The notes under the pieces: generated by a model | The model's database searches: none | The model's input: only the letters and a program-made list of their open reading frames with translations | What the model was told of the DNA's origin: nothing | In this document: one piece after another, positions 22,780-32,289 of the stretch | Numbering within the stretch: the stretch's first letter is position 1 | Layout: every line of letters begins with the position of its first letter | Virus record (IMG/VR): IMGVR_UViG_3300024501_000006 | Location: 1-34,323 of that record | Length of the DNA stretch: 34,323 nt | From: a virus | Taxonomy: Duplodnaviria > Caudoviricetes | Strand: one strand, 5' to 3' | Position numbers and translations under genes: made by a program

Positions 22780-25700
22780 GGGGGCTCGCCGGAGCGGGCA
22801 GCATCGCTTGCGGCGCGGACGCTAATGGCAGCGGCGCAGACGGCGGTTTGGCGGCTTTGGAGGAAGCGGCCGAGGGCTTCTTCAGATCCGCGATAGCGCG
22901 GCGCAAAATCGCCAGTTCTTCTTCCGCCTTCGCCACGTTGGCGCGCTTGCTGGCATATTTGGACGTAAAAACGCCGATACTTGTTCCAGCCGCCACGCCT
23001 GCGCCAAGCATCATCCACGCCTTGGCTTGCGCGTACTGATCTTCAAGCTCCTGCACGCGTGCCAGATTGGCTTCAGTCTGCTTATCCTTTGCCACCTCAA
23101 TAGCAGATTTTAGCTTCTCCTTGATGACTTCGGAGTTCTGCCAGGCAAGCCCGGCCTCAATGGCGCCGGTGCCTCCGATCAGCACGTCAGCCGCGCCGAC
23201 ATTGCGACCGATAAACTTGTCAGGGAACAGGCCGGCAGGCGGTGTGACGTTTTTGGGTGGGCGCGCTTCCCACGATCCATCGCGTTTCGTGGCGAACGGT
23301 ACGTTTTTCTCGGACCCGCCCCGCTGCCAGAACTCATTCAGCCTTGTTGCGCGGCGATCAAGCTCGGCTCTCACGGCTGCGCGTTGCGCCGCTGTTTTCG
23401 GCGGCGTAATTGGCGCGTTATTCAACAGCGCGTTGGACTTTTTGATATGGTTCGTGGCCGTGAGCTTGGATATTCCAGACCCTCCCAAACGGGCCGTTTT
23501 CGCGCCGAGCGCTCCTGCAATGCCGCCTAGAAGCGGCGCATAATCGCGGAACGCTTGCTGCTCATCGGTTGGACGCGTCTTCTCAAACGCGGCCTGCTGC
23601 TCCCATTTTTGCAGGTTGCTGTCTGCGCTGGCCAACCGCTCACGGGCTGCCTTGGCTTCCTTTTCGATTTCCGCCTTACGCCCATTGATGGCCTCGCGTG
23701 TGCGCGGCCCAATGGTTCCATCAGCGCCGGTCGGCCCCAAGTCAAAGCCTTCGCGGTCAAGGCGTTTTTGCAACTCCTTCTCGGTGGCTGTTGCAAAGAA
23801 CTTTTGCTGTTCCTGAAGATCAGCAAGGATAGCGAGCACGTCCTCGCGCTCTTTACGCGCGCGCTCCAGCTCGCCCATCGTCTCGGCGCTCTGCGCGTCT
23901 GCTTCGCCGGCAAATGTTCCGGCCATGCCGCCAACAACGCCGCCGGCGATCATGCGCGATGCAGTTCCTGACCGCCCCTTTGTCGGAGCACCCCCGAAGC
24001 CGCTCTGCGCGGGCAGCTTCTGCGGCCCGGCCTTTGGACGGCTCTCTGCCTTGCCTGAACCGAAGCGGACAATCTGCTGGTCGTCGGGAACGTCTTGGGT
24101 TTCCCAAGGGCGACGAGCGCGGCGTTCTTCGGGGGTGAAGTCTCTGCGGGTCTGGACGTTGCGGGCTTCGGTTTCTCCGGCGAGGCGCTTGTATCCGTCA
24201 AACAGCTGCTCGCGAGTGAAAAGATTTCGGACGCCAAAGTCTTCAGCCTTGCGCAACTGACGAGTTGCATCCGCCTTGATGCGAGCAAGCTCCCGCTTCT
24301 CTGGCATGTTCTGGATGGCTTTGAGTTCGGCCACAACATCAGGCGGAATGTTGTCGCGGCCTTGCCATGTCGCCTTAAGTTCATTCAGTCGCTTCTGTGC
24401 TGCGATGACGTGCGGCATTGCAAGAATTTCTTGCGAGCGCTTCGCTAGCTGCATGTGATTATGCGCTGCCATATCAGACGGAAGCAAGTCGTCGTTCATT
24501 GACCCGCCGCGCGCAAAACCTTCGCGCGCCTGAATGCCATGCTGATACTCATGCAGCGCAATGGAGCGAGGATCAGACGAGCCTTTGCCGATGTGCAGGC
24601 TTTCGATGGGCGTACCTGAGCCCATGAATGCGCCCTCGTCCGGCCTGCCTGACCGCATGACGCGAACCTCGTCCAAGTCCTGCATTCCCGGCACATCACG
24701 GTATGCTTTGAACATGCCGTCAGGGTGGGTAAGGTAGTCCCGTCCATTGCCGATTTCGTTGAACGTGGAGCGGCTATCATCAATCTCAAACCGCCACTTG
24801 CCATCGACGCCCTTGAACCAGCCCGTCGCGTCCCAGATGTCATCACGGCTCGCGCCTTCGGCTTCCATGTTCTGCGCACGGGCGAGAGCGAGCTTGTCTG
24901 CGGTCTTCGCGTTGACGCCTGCGAAGGTCTGCTGGTCCGGGGCGCGAAACCTGCGAGCAGGCGCAGCCTTCGACACACCACGACGCGGCCCTAGCAGCCT
25001 GTTCGCTCCGGCTCCTGCAAGACCGCCGCCGACAAGACCGCCAAACGCATTGAGCCCACGGTCTGCGTCGTCAATGACGCCGTCACGGTTCGCGTCAGTC
25101 GGGTTGGCTACATAGCCGGCTACGCCGCCAGCTGCCGCGCCTACGCCTGTGGGGGTGGCTCCTGTTCCAGCTAGAAGCTTGGAGCTTTGTGTTTCGGAGG
25201 GGTCGAACTTGGCGAACTTGCCTCGGATGTTGGAGGGGTCGAAGATAAGACGGCTTGGCCCGTAGCTGTCGGCCAGATCAACCCCATCGAAACCGGCGCG
25301 TTTTGCAGCCTCGACAGCCGACCGCGATGCCCACGACAGTTCGCCTTTTCCACTTTGGCTGCGGATGGTCTGTATAGCATCGGCCGCCGAAACGCCGGTG
25401 AGTTTCTCATACTCCGCAGCGATTTTGTTGAGATCGTCTGCGTTTTTGATTGAGGCAATTCGACCCCTGCTATACACTGGATAGATCGCGCCGCCCTCTG
25501 CAAACATCTCGGCAAACTTCGAATCAGATGTGAGATAGACGCCCGCCGTGCCGCCGCTGTCGGCCTTCGCTTTCATGGCCTGAAGGTTCTTTGGGCTCCC
25601 ATGATACAGCGGCGTATCGACATCAAACCCCTGCTCTCTCGCTCTCTGCATTCGAGAGGCTTCATCCATTGGCAGGGGCTTGGGACGGCCGCCGAACCCC

Positions 25701-28700
25701 GACTGCTCTGGCGGACGGCGGGGGGCTGTGGTGGCGGGCTGACCCGTAGCTTGTGCGGCAGTCGGCGGCTGAGTGGCCGAGCCAGCGCGCGCAGCTTCCA
25801 GTTTTTTTGTCTTGTCCGCAATGCGTCGACGGGCGTTGCGCTGCTTGTCCAGGTTGGCGCGCATCAGGTCGTCAACGTCGGGATGCGAGCGGTCAATCTG
25901 ATCGTACTGCTTCAGAAGGCGCTGAAGCTCGTTCTTGTCTGTCTCGATGCGCTGCATCCACTCTTCAGGAGTGGGCGGCGGCTTTGGCGTGCGTGGCTTC
26001 GGCGGTCCTTTTAGCTTATTGCCGAGCGCGCCCATCGCGGGCGGCTCGATAACAGGCGGCGCGTCGGGAGACGGCAATGCGGAGGCGGCCTCGTCCGCTT
26101 GGCGAAGACCGTACAAACCCTTTGTTACGCGAGACTGGAATTTGCGACCGGGCGTCGTGACGGCATCAAAGACAGAGCCAGCAGCCTTCAGGGCGAGCGG
26201 TATCGGGCTGCCTGTCGCAATCGACAATCCACCCGCCACGGTCCAGCCGGCCGGATTGCCAGCAACGTGGGCAAGCCTGTTGCCGGGGCCACGGATGTTA
26301 TCAATCGCATCCTTCGCGCCCTGCTGGTTCAGGTGCGTATTTGAACCCGCCTGCTGATTGAGGCGCGCAATACGCTGGTTCTCAATCCGCATGTTAGCGA
26401 TGGCGTTGCGGAGTTCGTTGCCCCGCTCCGGGCCAAGCACCGTGACCAGCGCCTTAAGCGTGCCCTCATTCTGAAGCTGCGTGATGCGGGCTGCGGCATC
26501 TTCTGGCGACGTGCGAAGCAGCGGATTGAGAAGCGCGTCACGGATCGAGAGCGCTGCAACTTCCTGCTGGCGCGGTGACAGTTTTGCCAGATCGCGCGCC
26601 ATGTTCTCGGTAGCAAGCTCACTCTTGGCGACAGACAGAAACCGATCGCCGAACGTGACCGAATCATCCGCGCCGTAAAGGTCGCCATGCTGTGCGCGTG
26701 AACCCCTGTAGCCGGGGAACGTCTCAAGCCGGTCTAGCAGGGCCTTGCGGCGTGTCTCGTAAGCGTTTGACGTCTTGTTAGGCGTGCCGTCGATATTCTT
26801 CGCGCCGCGCGCCACCTCGCCAATTTCCGATTGCAGCCAGTGTGCGGTGCCGATTGGGTCGTCCGCAATTTTTGCGTCAATGACATCGTCCAGCGTCCTG
26901 CCGGTCGTCGTTGCTTCGATAGCCCAGCTTTCGGGAACCAGATCCCGGTAAGCCGGCGTCTTCATCAGCATGACCATTTCCGCCACCGCGCCAGCTTGCT
27001 CGGGGGTGGCCGTTTTGTCTCTCCAGACACGGTTAGCTTCGGAGATCGAATTGGTATAGGCTTCCTCGCCATTCCGGCGCATCAGCGCCTTGATCTCATC
27101 CGACTTGCCAGCCAGTGTTTGTTCGCCGAGGACGGTTTTGAAGGTCGCTTCAAGTTCATCCTTCTGCGTAGAGGCAAGCTGGTGAATAGTGTCCTGCATC
27201 GTATAGCGAGAGCTATTGCCAGACTCATTGAACGAGTGCGCGGCCCTGCCCCAGCCATTCGTTTTCATCGCGACATCGCCAGCAAGATTGCGAGCCTCGG
27301 CAGGGCTATAGCCCCTCGACTGGAGATATTGCGGGAGGTCGTCTTCAATGAAGAAGGCAAGCGCGTATCGGTCGCTCTTAAGGGGTTCATAGCGGCTAAG
27401 CAGGCTGCCCACGTAGTCGTTTACGACGTTACTGGGTATGCGAGCGCCCCGCATGAAGCGGCTGACAGCCTTGCTTGTATCCCGAGCAATGGCGATCTCC
27501 TCACGGGAGATGTTGGGAGCAACGTTGCGGGGAGTGGCCTGGAGGGTGGCCGGAGCCCCACCCCCCGCCTGCTGCCCCGCGCCGGCAGGCCCAGCCTGAG
27601 CCATCCGGGGCGGACCCTGCGGGATGGGGGCTTGGGCGACGGGAGCGACGGGGGGAGCGACTGAGGGCTGTGGGGGCGACACCGGGCCGAGACGTGCGCC
27701 GCCTGCGTTTGTGGGCGTCAGTGCCTGCGGTGACATTGCATCGGCTGACGCTTTGGCCCCACGGAAAATGCCCATGCCGATGAGGTTGAGTGTCGCGTCC
27801 TCGGCCATGTTTTTGACGCGGCCGACAAGGCCGGTTTCGCCCGGCTGCGATTTAAGCCAGCGGATATAATCGGCGGCAAAACCCATGCTTTCCGGGTCAA
27901 GCATGTCCGCAAGGCGCGGCGTGTTTCCGCTGAAGCCTAGACCAGTTGCTGCCACGTCCTTAGCAAGCTGAGTGGGCAGCTTGCCGCCTGGTGCAAACTT
28001 TCCAACCGCACCGCGCGCGATCAGATACTGCATGAAGCCTTCGGTCAGCGCGCCGGTGAAGGATTGCTCGCTCTCTGGAACAGGGATTTTTGCCGCTGAG
28101 AAGTCGAAGCGAGGGGCGTTATCCAGGGTCTGCTGCATCTTGTCGAAGCCGCCAGACTTCACGCGCCCCGCAATGCGCTCCAGAAGCGTGTCTGCCCCGA
28201 CGCCAAACTCCGACCCGGCCATGATCCCCTGCATTTCGGGGTCAAACGACATCGCGTAAGGCACGGTTGCGACAGCGGCCAGATCGCCCGGCGTGTTGAG
28301 CGCCGCCTCTGCTGCGCCGACTGCCGCACGTTGGGCATGTATAGGCAGGATGCGCATTCCCTTGCCGAAGTCTCCCCCGTCGTCATTCAGTTCCACGGTT
28401 CCCTTGGAACCCGTGTCTCGAAACGCCAGACCGGGTGATGCGGAGTTGAAGATTGTCCGTTCCTGCCGGCGACGTTCTTCCTCTGCCTTCTGCGCTGCGA
28501 ACTGGCTGTTCACCTGCGCCGTACTCTGGCGCATGGCCATGGTGATGGGGTTCGGCGCGTTGAGATCAGGAGCAGACGGGGCCGCAGCCTGCGGCGTGCC
28601 CATGGAGACCATGCGCTGACCTTGGCGCTCCAGAAACGACGGCTGGGCTGGCTGCTGACCAGATGCCTTCGCTTCAAGTTCGCGCAGCCGCTTGACCTTG

Positions 28701-28765
28701 CGCAGCCGCTCAAGTTCGGCGCGAGGATCTGGCGCCGATTGTGGTGATTGCAGTTGTGGAGGCAT
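22736..28765 (-). CDS. Large polyvalent ejection (internal virion) protein: ART-like, LPD23-like + HExxH metallopeptidase, PG-binding domains
   Basis: 2009 aa, third of three ejection genes. Motifs: LYHGS...GVYLT...GFDGV...FDPSNIR (ART-PolyVal-like); TGWFKGVDGKWRFEIDDS (LPD23-like); HEYQHGIQAREGFARGG...GETEARNV; LQKRLDREGFDLGPTGADGTIGPRTREAI. Confidence 0.88.
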   Translation of the reverse strand: MPPQLQSPQSAPDPRAELERLRKVKRLRELEAKASGQQPAQPSFLERQGQRMVSMGTPQAAAPSAPDLNAPNPITMAMRQSTAQVNSQFAAQKAEEERRRQERTIFNSASPGLAFRDTGSKGTVELNDDGGDFGKGMRILPIHAQRAAVGAAEAALNTPGDLAAVATVPYAMSFDPEMQGIMAGSEFGVGADTLLERIAGRVKSGGFDKMQQTLDNAPRFDFSAAKIPVPESEQSFTGALTEGFMQYLIARGAVGKFAPGGKLPTQLAKDVAATGLGFSGNTPRLADMLDPESMGFAADYIRWLKSQPGETGLVGRVKNMAEDATLNLIGMGIFRGAKASADAMSPQALTPTNAGGARLGPVSPPQPSVAPPVAPVAQAPIPQGPPRMAQAGPAGAGQQAGGGAPATLQATPRNVAPNISREEIAIARDTSKAVSRFMRGARIPSNVVNDYVGSLLSRYEPLKSDRYALAFFIEDDLPQYLQSRGYSPAEARNLAGDVAMKTNGWGRAAHSFNESGNSSRYTMQDTIHQLASTQKDELEATFKTVLGEQTLAGKSDEIKALMRRNGEEAYTNSISEANRVWRDKTATPEQAGAVAEMVMLMKTPAYRDLVPESWAIEATTTGRTLDDVIDAKIADDPIGTAHWLQSEIGEVARGAKNIDGTPNKTSNAYETRRKALLDRLETFPGYRGSRAQHGDLYGADDSVTFGDRFLSVAKSELATENMARDLAKLSPRQQEVAALSIRDALLNPLLRTSPEDAAARITQLQNEGTLKALVTVLGPERGNELRNAIANMRIENQRIARLNQQAGSNTHLNQQGAKDAIDNIRGPGNRLAHVAGNPAGWTVAGGLSIATGSPIPLALKAAGSVFDAVTTPGRKFQSRVTKGLYGLRQADEAASALPSPDAPPVIEPPAMGALGNKLKGPPKPRTPKPPPTPEEWMQRIETDKNELQRLLKQYDQIDRSHPDVDDLMRANLDKQRNARRRIADKTKKLEAARAGSATQPPTAAQATGQPATTAPRRPPEQSGFGGRPKPLPMDEASRMQRAREQGFDVDTPLYHGSPKNLQAMKAKADSGGTAGVYLTSDSKFAEMFAEGGAIYPVYSRGRIASIKNADDLNKIAAEYEKLTGVSAADAIQTIRSQSGKGELSWASRSAVEAAKRAGFDGVDLADSYGPSRLIFDPSNIRGKFAKFDPSETQSSKLLAGTGATPTGVGAAAGGVAGYVANPTDANRDGVIDDADRGLNAFGGLVGGGLAGAGANRLLGPRRGVSKAAPARRFRAPDQQTFAGVNAKTADKLALARAQNMEAEGASRDDIWDATGWFKGVDGKWRFEIDDSRSTFNEIGNGRDYLTHPDGMFKAYRDVPGMQDLDEVRVMRSGRPDEGAFMGSGTPIESLHIGKGSSDPRSIALHEYQHGIQAREGFARGGSMNDDLLPSDMAAHNHMQLAKRSQEILAMPHVIAAQKRLNELKATWQGRDNIPPDVVAELKAIQNMPEKRELARIKADATRQLRKAEDFGVRNLFTREQLFDGYKRLAGETEARNVQTRRDFTPEERRARRPWETQDVPDDQQIVRFGSGKAESRPKAGPQKLPAQSGFGGAPTKGRSGTASRMIAGGVVGGMAGTFAGEADAQSAETMGELERARKEREDVLAILADLQEQQKFFATATEKELQKRLDREGFDLGPTGADGTIGPRTREAINGRKAEIEKEAKAARERLASADSNLQKWEQQAAFEKTRPTDEQQAFRDYAPLLGGIAGALGAKTARLGGSGISKLTATNHIKKSNALLNNAPITPPKTAAQRAAVRAELDRRATRLNEFWQRGGSEKNVPFATKRDGSWEARPPKNVTPPAGLFPDKFIGRNVGAADVLIGGTGAIEAGLAWQNSEVIKEKLKSAIEVAKDKQTEANLARVQELEDQYAQAKAWMMLGAGVAAGTSIGVFTSKYASKRANVAKAEEELAILRRAIADLKKPSAASSKAAKPPSAPLPLASAPQAMLPAPASPPTPPLPPSRPRRRP

Positions 28766-30058
28766 CTACTGCATTCCCAGCTCTGCCCGGAGGGCTTCAA
28801 GTTCGGCTTCTTCGTCGGGGGTCAACGATGGGGCGGCTGTCTGGCCTGCATCCATTGTGCGGAACTGCTCAGGTATGAGACCGAGACGTTGATTGATCAA
28901 TGACTCAAGCCCGTCCAAACCAACGGCCAGTGTTTCCTTGTTGGCGCCGATGGTGCCGGCTCCGACAGGCTCTGGAAGGGTGCGCTGCAAGCGCTCAACG
29001 TCTGGTCCGGTCAGAACGCCAAGGTTAAACAGTTCCGGCCCCTTCAGGAACATCATGAGATTGTTATGAGCAGCCAGAAGCTCTTGCGCGCGGTTCGTTT
29101 TGCGCATTCCCAAACCGCCATCCCACTCGCTATCGACAAGTTGCGGGCCATACAGGTTAACGACCTTGCGATACTCATCGACAAGATACTTGAGCGAGTT
29201 GATCGCCGCCGCCTTGTCGCGAAAGCCTTTCCGCTCAGTTGCCGAAAACTCGCCTGCGTTCTGACCGCCGCTTGGGTAAAACCGGCCTGTCGCGTCATCA
29301 ATCTGGCCAGCTTCAGCGCCATACCGCCCGGCTTCTTCTCGGGTTGCCGGTCGAAAGCGCGACTGAGAGCCTGATTGTTGCGGGTCGCGATGGAGCACCC
29401 TTGTCGTCGGCGTGCCGTCCTCTCCGAAGCTCGTCGCCGTGATAGCCTGTCCTGTGTTATCAATGCGCGGACGCCTCGCCTCCTGTTGCTTGATGATTTC
29501 CTCCGGCGTCGAAGGACGGCGCGGGCCGTATCTCGTATTCAAGCCATTCGCACCATAGGTCTGCGCATACGGAACGCCGCCATCCATGCCGACCTTCGGC
29601 GCGAAGAACGGCTTCGACGTATCGCCGCGCATGATCAGCGTATCACCTGCGGTGACTTTCTGAGGCGCGAAGTTTTGCGCCATGAACTCACCCCATTTTC
29701 CCGGGTTCGCGTTGTAAACGGCTTGCTGCTCCGGGGTCATCGCGGCGAGAATCGGAGCCATGCGCCGCGCTTCATCCTCCGCAGCTTGCGCCTCATACTT
29801 GCGGTCAAGGCCGTTGCGGCCGGCGAGCAACGCCGTGAACGGATCGGCCATGATCTCGTTCCACCAGCCCTGCGCGCGGGGGCTCTTGTAGGAGCCTCCG
29901 ATCAGGCCGCCCATCTGCGCCTCATCGCGCGTGCGGGCCTGTGTGCCCTGCACGATGGGCGCGGGCGTTGTGCGCTCTTCTTCGCGCTGAATACGCGGAG
30001 CGAGATACCCAGCCTGCCGCCTGATGCGCTGAAGACCGCCGCCGAAAAGCCCTGCCAT
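28766..30058 (-). CDS. Ejection/internal virion protein (P22 gp20-like position)
   Basis: 430 aa, Gly/Ala/Gln-rich, MAGLFGGG start; lies between the pilot gene and the large ejection gene. Confidence 0.72.
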   Translation of the reverse strand: MAGLFGGGLQRIRRQAGYLAPRIQREEERTTPAPIVQGTQARTRDEAQMGGLIGGSYKSPRAQGWWNEIMADPFTALLAGRNGLDRKYEAQAAEDEARRMAPILAAMTPEQQAVYNANPGKWGEFMAQNFAPQKVTAGDTLIMRGDTSKPFFAPKVGMDGGVPYAQTYGANGLNTRYGPRRPSTPEEIIKQQEARRPRIDNTGQAITATSFGEDGTPTTRVLHRDPQQSGSQSRFRPATREEAGRYGAEAGQIDDATGRFYPSGGQNAGEFSATERKGFRDKAAAINSLKYLVDEYRKVVNLYGPQLVDSEWDGGLGMRKTNRAQELLAAHNNLMMFLKGPELFNLGVLTGPDVERLQRTLPEPVGAGTIGANKETLAVGLDGLESLINQRLGLIPEQFRTMDAGQTAAPSLTPDEEAELEALRAELGMQ

Positions 30059-30798
30059 CAGGTGCCCCCGCCTTGACCGTTCGAGCCGCCTCCGCTGAGC
30101 ATTTCGCCCAGATCAAACCTGAAGCCGCTGCTCTTGCCCGTCGAGTTAACCAGCATCGGCGTCGAGTTGAGGATGCCGCCGCGCGTCTGAAGCTGGAGCA
30201 TGAGATTGCGGTATTCTTCCGCCGCCTGACGGTCGAACTCGGCACGCTGCGCAAGCAACCGCGCTTGCTCGATCTCGCGCTCCGTCGCTCCGAACTGCGC
30301 CAGCATCGCCGCATCCGAACGCCTGTTCTGCGCATCGCGGAAGCCGACATCCTGCGCGTTCTGGTAGCCCTGATAGCGCAGGTTCGCCATCATGTTGGAC
30401 TTGTCCATGGTGTTCTGACGCATCAGCTCGGCATCGGCCACGCCATGACGCGAGCCGCCGAACGCCCCCGCCTGCGTTGCACGCGCATTGTTCTGCGCCA
30501 GATTGCCCTGCAATGACTGATCGTAATACGCCCCCGCCGCGTCTACCACGTCACGCTCATAGGGGTTGAAATACTTGGAGACGTTGGACGGGTCGTAGGT
30601 GTTGTTCGCGATCATGTCGCGCGCGTTCGTCTCGGTCGCAGTCTGCCCCGCCACCATCTGGCCCGTGTAGGGGTTGAACGGTTTCGAGGTGTAGGCATCG
30701 ACCTGCTGCTGCATCCCGCGCGTCTGGTCAGTCCATTGCTGCTTCGCCCACGGGTTCAGCTCCTGACTGTTCTTCTGCTTCTGCTTCGAGAATGACAT
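30058..30798 (-). CDS. Small ejection/pilot protein (P22 gp7-like position)
   Basis: YFNPYERDVV...ATQAGAFGGSRHGVADAEL...LRYQGYQNA, Gln-rich. Confidence 0.78.
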   Translation of the reverse strand: MSFSKQKQKNSQELNPWAKQQWTDQTRGMQQQVDAYTSKPFNPYTGQMVAGQTATETNARDMIANNTYDPSNVSKYFNPYERDVVDAAGAYYDQSLQGNLAQNNARATQAGAFGGSRHGVADAELMRQNTMDKSNMMANLRYQGYQNAQDVGFRDAQNRRSDAAMLAQFGATEREIEQARLLAQRAEFDRQAAEEYRNLMLQLQTRGGILNSTPMLVNSTGKSSGFRFDLGEMLSGGGSNGQGGGT

Positions 30799-31155
30799 CT
30801 AAAGCTCCTTCACCAGGGAATGCTCAGGCGTCCACCCGCGCAGTCCCAACACACGTGTCCAGCCCTTGCGGCCTATCATCGTCATCCGGTCGAAGCCCTG
30901 CCGTCGCGCCATGTCCGTCACATCGGCCTCCATCTGCATCAGCTCGTCCAGATCGCCCGAGGCCGTGAAGACATGCAGGTCATGAACGATCTGGAGCACG
31001 GCAACCGAATTGCCCGACTTGCTCGGCAACAGCATTGCCCGGCCTTCCCGCACCTCATGGGCCAGTTGCTCCCATGTGCATTGGCCATTCGTCCGTTCCA
31101 GCGCCCGCTCGATGAGGGGCCGGAACTCTTCAAGCCGGTCTTTCGTTTCTGGCAT
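30799..31155 (-). CDS. GNAT-fold-like virion assembly protein (P22 gp14/T7 gp13 position)
   Basis: LHVFTASGDLDEL...ARRQGFDRMTMIGRKGWTRVL; start revised to 31155. Confidence 0.75.
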   Translation of the reverse strand: MPETKDRLEEFRPLIERALERTNGQCTWEQLAHEVREGRAMLLPSKSGNSVAVLQIVHDLHVFTASGDLDELMQMEADVTDMARRQGFDRMTMIGRKGWTRVLGLRGWTPEHSLVKEL

Positions 31156-31303
31156 TGTCCGCCTTGCGCCTTTCCCAGCTCTGAGACGCCCGCGTCTCGC
31201 CAAGGTGCTGCTCGTCCCATTCGTCGTCCTTGCAGCGCCCCGCCCTGATCGCGAAATCAGGCTTGAGCCGGCCACAGGTCGGACATTCAACGCGGTTGCT
31301 CAT
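31130..31303 (-). CDS. 57-aa CxxC micro-protein
   Basis: Manual translation MSNRVECPTCGRLKPDFAIRAGRCKDDEWDEQHLGETRASQSWERRKADNARNERPA; ATGA overlap with the upstream gene. Confidence 0.58.
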   Translation of the reverse strand: MSNRVECPTCGRLKPDFAIRAGRCKDDEWDEQHLGETRASQSWERRKADNARNERPA

Positions 31304-32289
31304 GCGGCGTTCTGAGGCGTCACGATGATGGTCGCCGTCTCCCCGTTGGGCGAGCCCGTGCGGACGCCAGCCGTGCTCTGCGTGGTGTAGGCGACACTCA
31401 CAAGGTCAGTGAGAGACCCGCCGCTTTCATAGCTCGCACCGAACTCGGTTCCGGCGTGCTGGCCCACCGCATTGGCCCACGTCACCGACTTGGCGACGTT
31501 GGTGAAGGCCCGGTTGCCCGTGAGGTTGGCCCCGCTGAAACTGTAGCCAAGCACATTCGTCGCGCTCACCACCACGGTTGGCCCCTCATCCCAGCCGCCG
31601 CCATCGTTGAACCAGGTGGACAGCGTCACCGCCCCATCATGATAGTAAGACCCGCCGCCCATGGGCTCCGAGACGATGTCGATGGTCCCCGAAAAGGTGA
31701 AGGTGTAGATGCCGTTATAGGCGTCCGCACTCACCGACTTGTGCATCACACGGTCAGGATCGCCCACCCCGCCTGCGCTGTCGGTATTGTCCGTCGTTGT
31801 CGAGGTCGCGCCCGGCGTCGATATCTTGAGCCGCAGCGTGCCGCCCGTCGTCGTCGCATTCTGGATCGTCGGGGCTTCCCATGCCTCGCCGGCAGCCAGC
31901 GCAACACCGCTTGGAATTGTGATCGTATAAAGCGGAATCTGGCTCAGCGCCGCTCCGTCCGCCCACTCAATCGTTGCCCCGTCCGCCGCATAGAGATAGG
32001 CGGGCTGCAGGGCCACGGGCCAGCGGACCTCGCCCACCGTCACCGAACCCGTAACTTCGAGGTCACCCGCGAAACGCACAATCCCCGTGCCGGCATCGAT
32101 GGTAAACGCGCCGTCTGCGTTGAGGATCAGCGTGACCTGCTCGCCATTAAGGCCGGTGAAGCCCAGCTTCTGGCCATAGGGAATGATCACATCGGCGCGC
32201 TTGTCGTGCTTCTGGATCAGTTCGCGCTCGACCTCGTCCCGGTGCTCAAACTCGTTCTGCTGCGTGTAGGCTTTGGAGGGCTCGATCAA
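31300..32289 (-). CDS. Tail needle/tip protein with extended beta-rich C-terminal domain (possible receptor binding)
   Basis: Directly follows the nozzle; N-terminal PSKAYTQQNEFEHRDEVERE helix then a Thr/Gly/Ser-rich beta region. Confidence 0.6.
   Translation of the reverse strand: MIEPSKAYTQQNEFEHRDEVERELIQKHDKRADVIIPYGQKLGFTGLNGEQVTLILNADGAFTIDAGTGIVRFAGDLEVTGSVTVGEVRWPVALQPAYLYAADGATIEWADGAALSQIPLYTITIPSGVALAAGEAWEAPTIQNATTTGGTLRLKISTPGATSTTTDNTDSAGGVGDPDRVMHKSVSADAYNGIYTFTFSGTIDIVSEPMGGGSYYHDGAVTLSTWFNDGGGWDEGPTVVVSATNVLGYSFSGANLTGNRAFTNVAKSVTWANAVGQHAGTEFGASYESGGSLTDLVSVAYTTQSTAGVRTGSPNGETATIIVTPQNAA

Noticed and set aside
22584-23018. Minus-strand 144-aa ORF
   Set aside because: Mostly overlaps the ejection gene out of frame; the gap is better explained by the plus-strand hydrophobic gene with SD and promoter.
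24715-24735. Second HPD (YLTHPDGMFKAY) as a J-domain
   Set aside because: Corresponds to the HP-x-LF-x-AY motif that follows LPD23-like domains and is not between two long helices.
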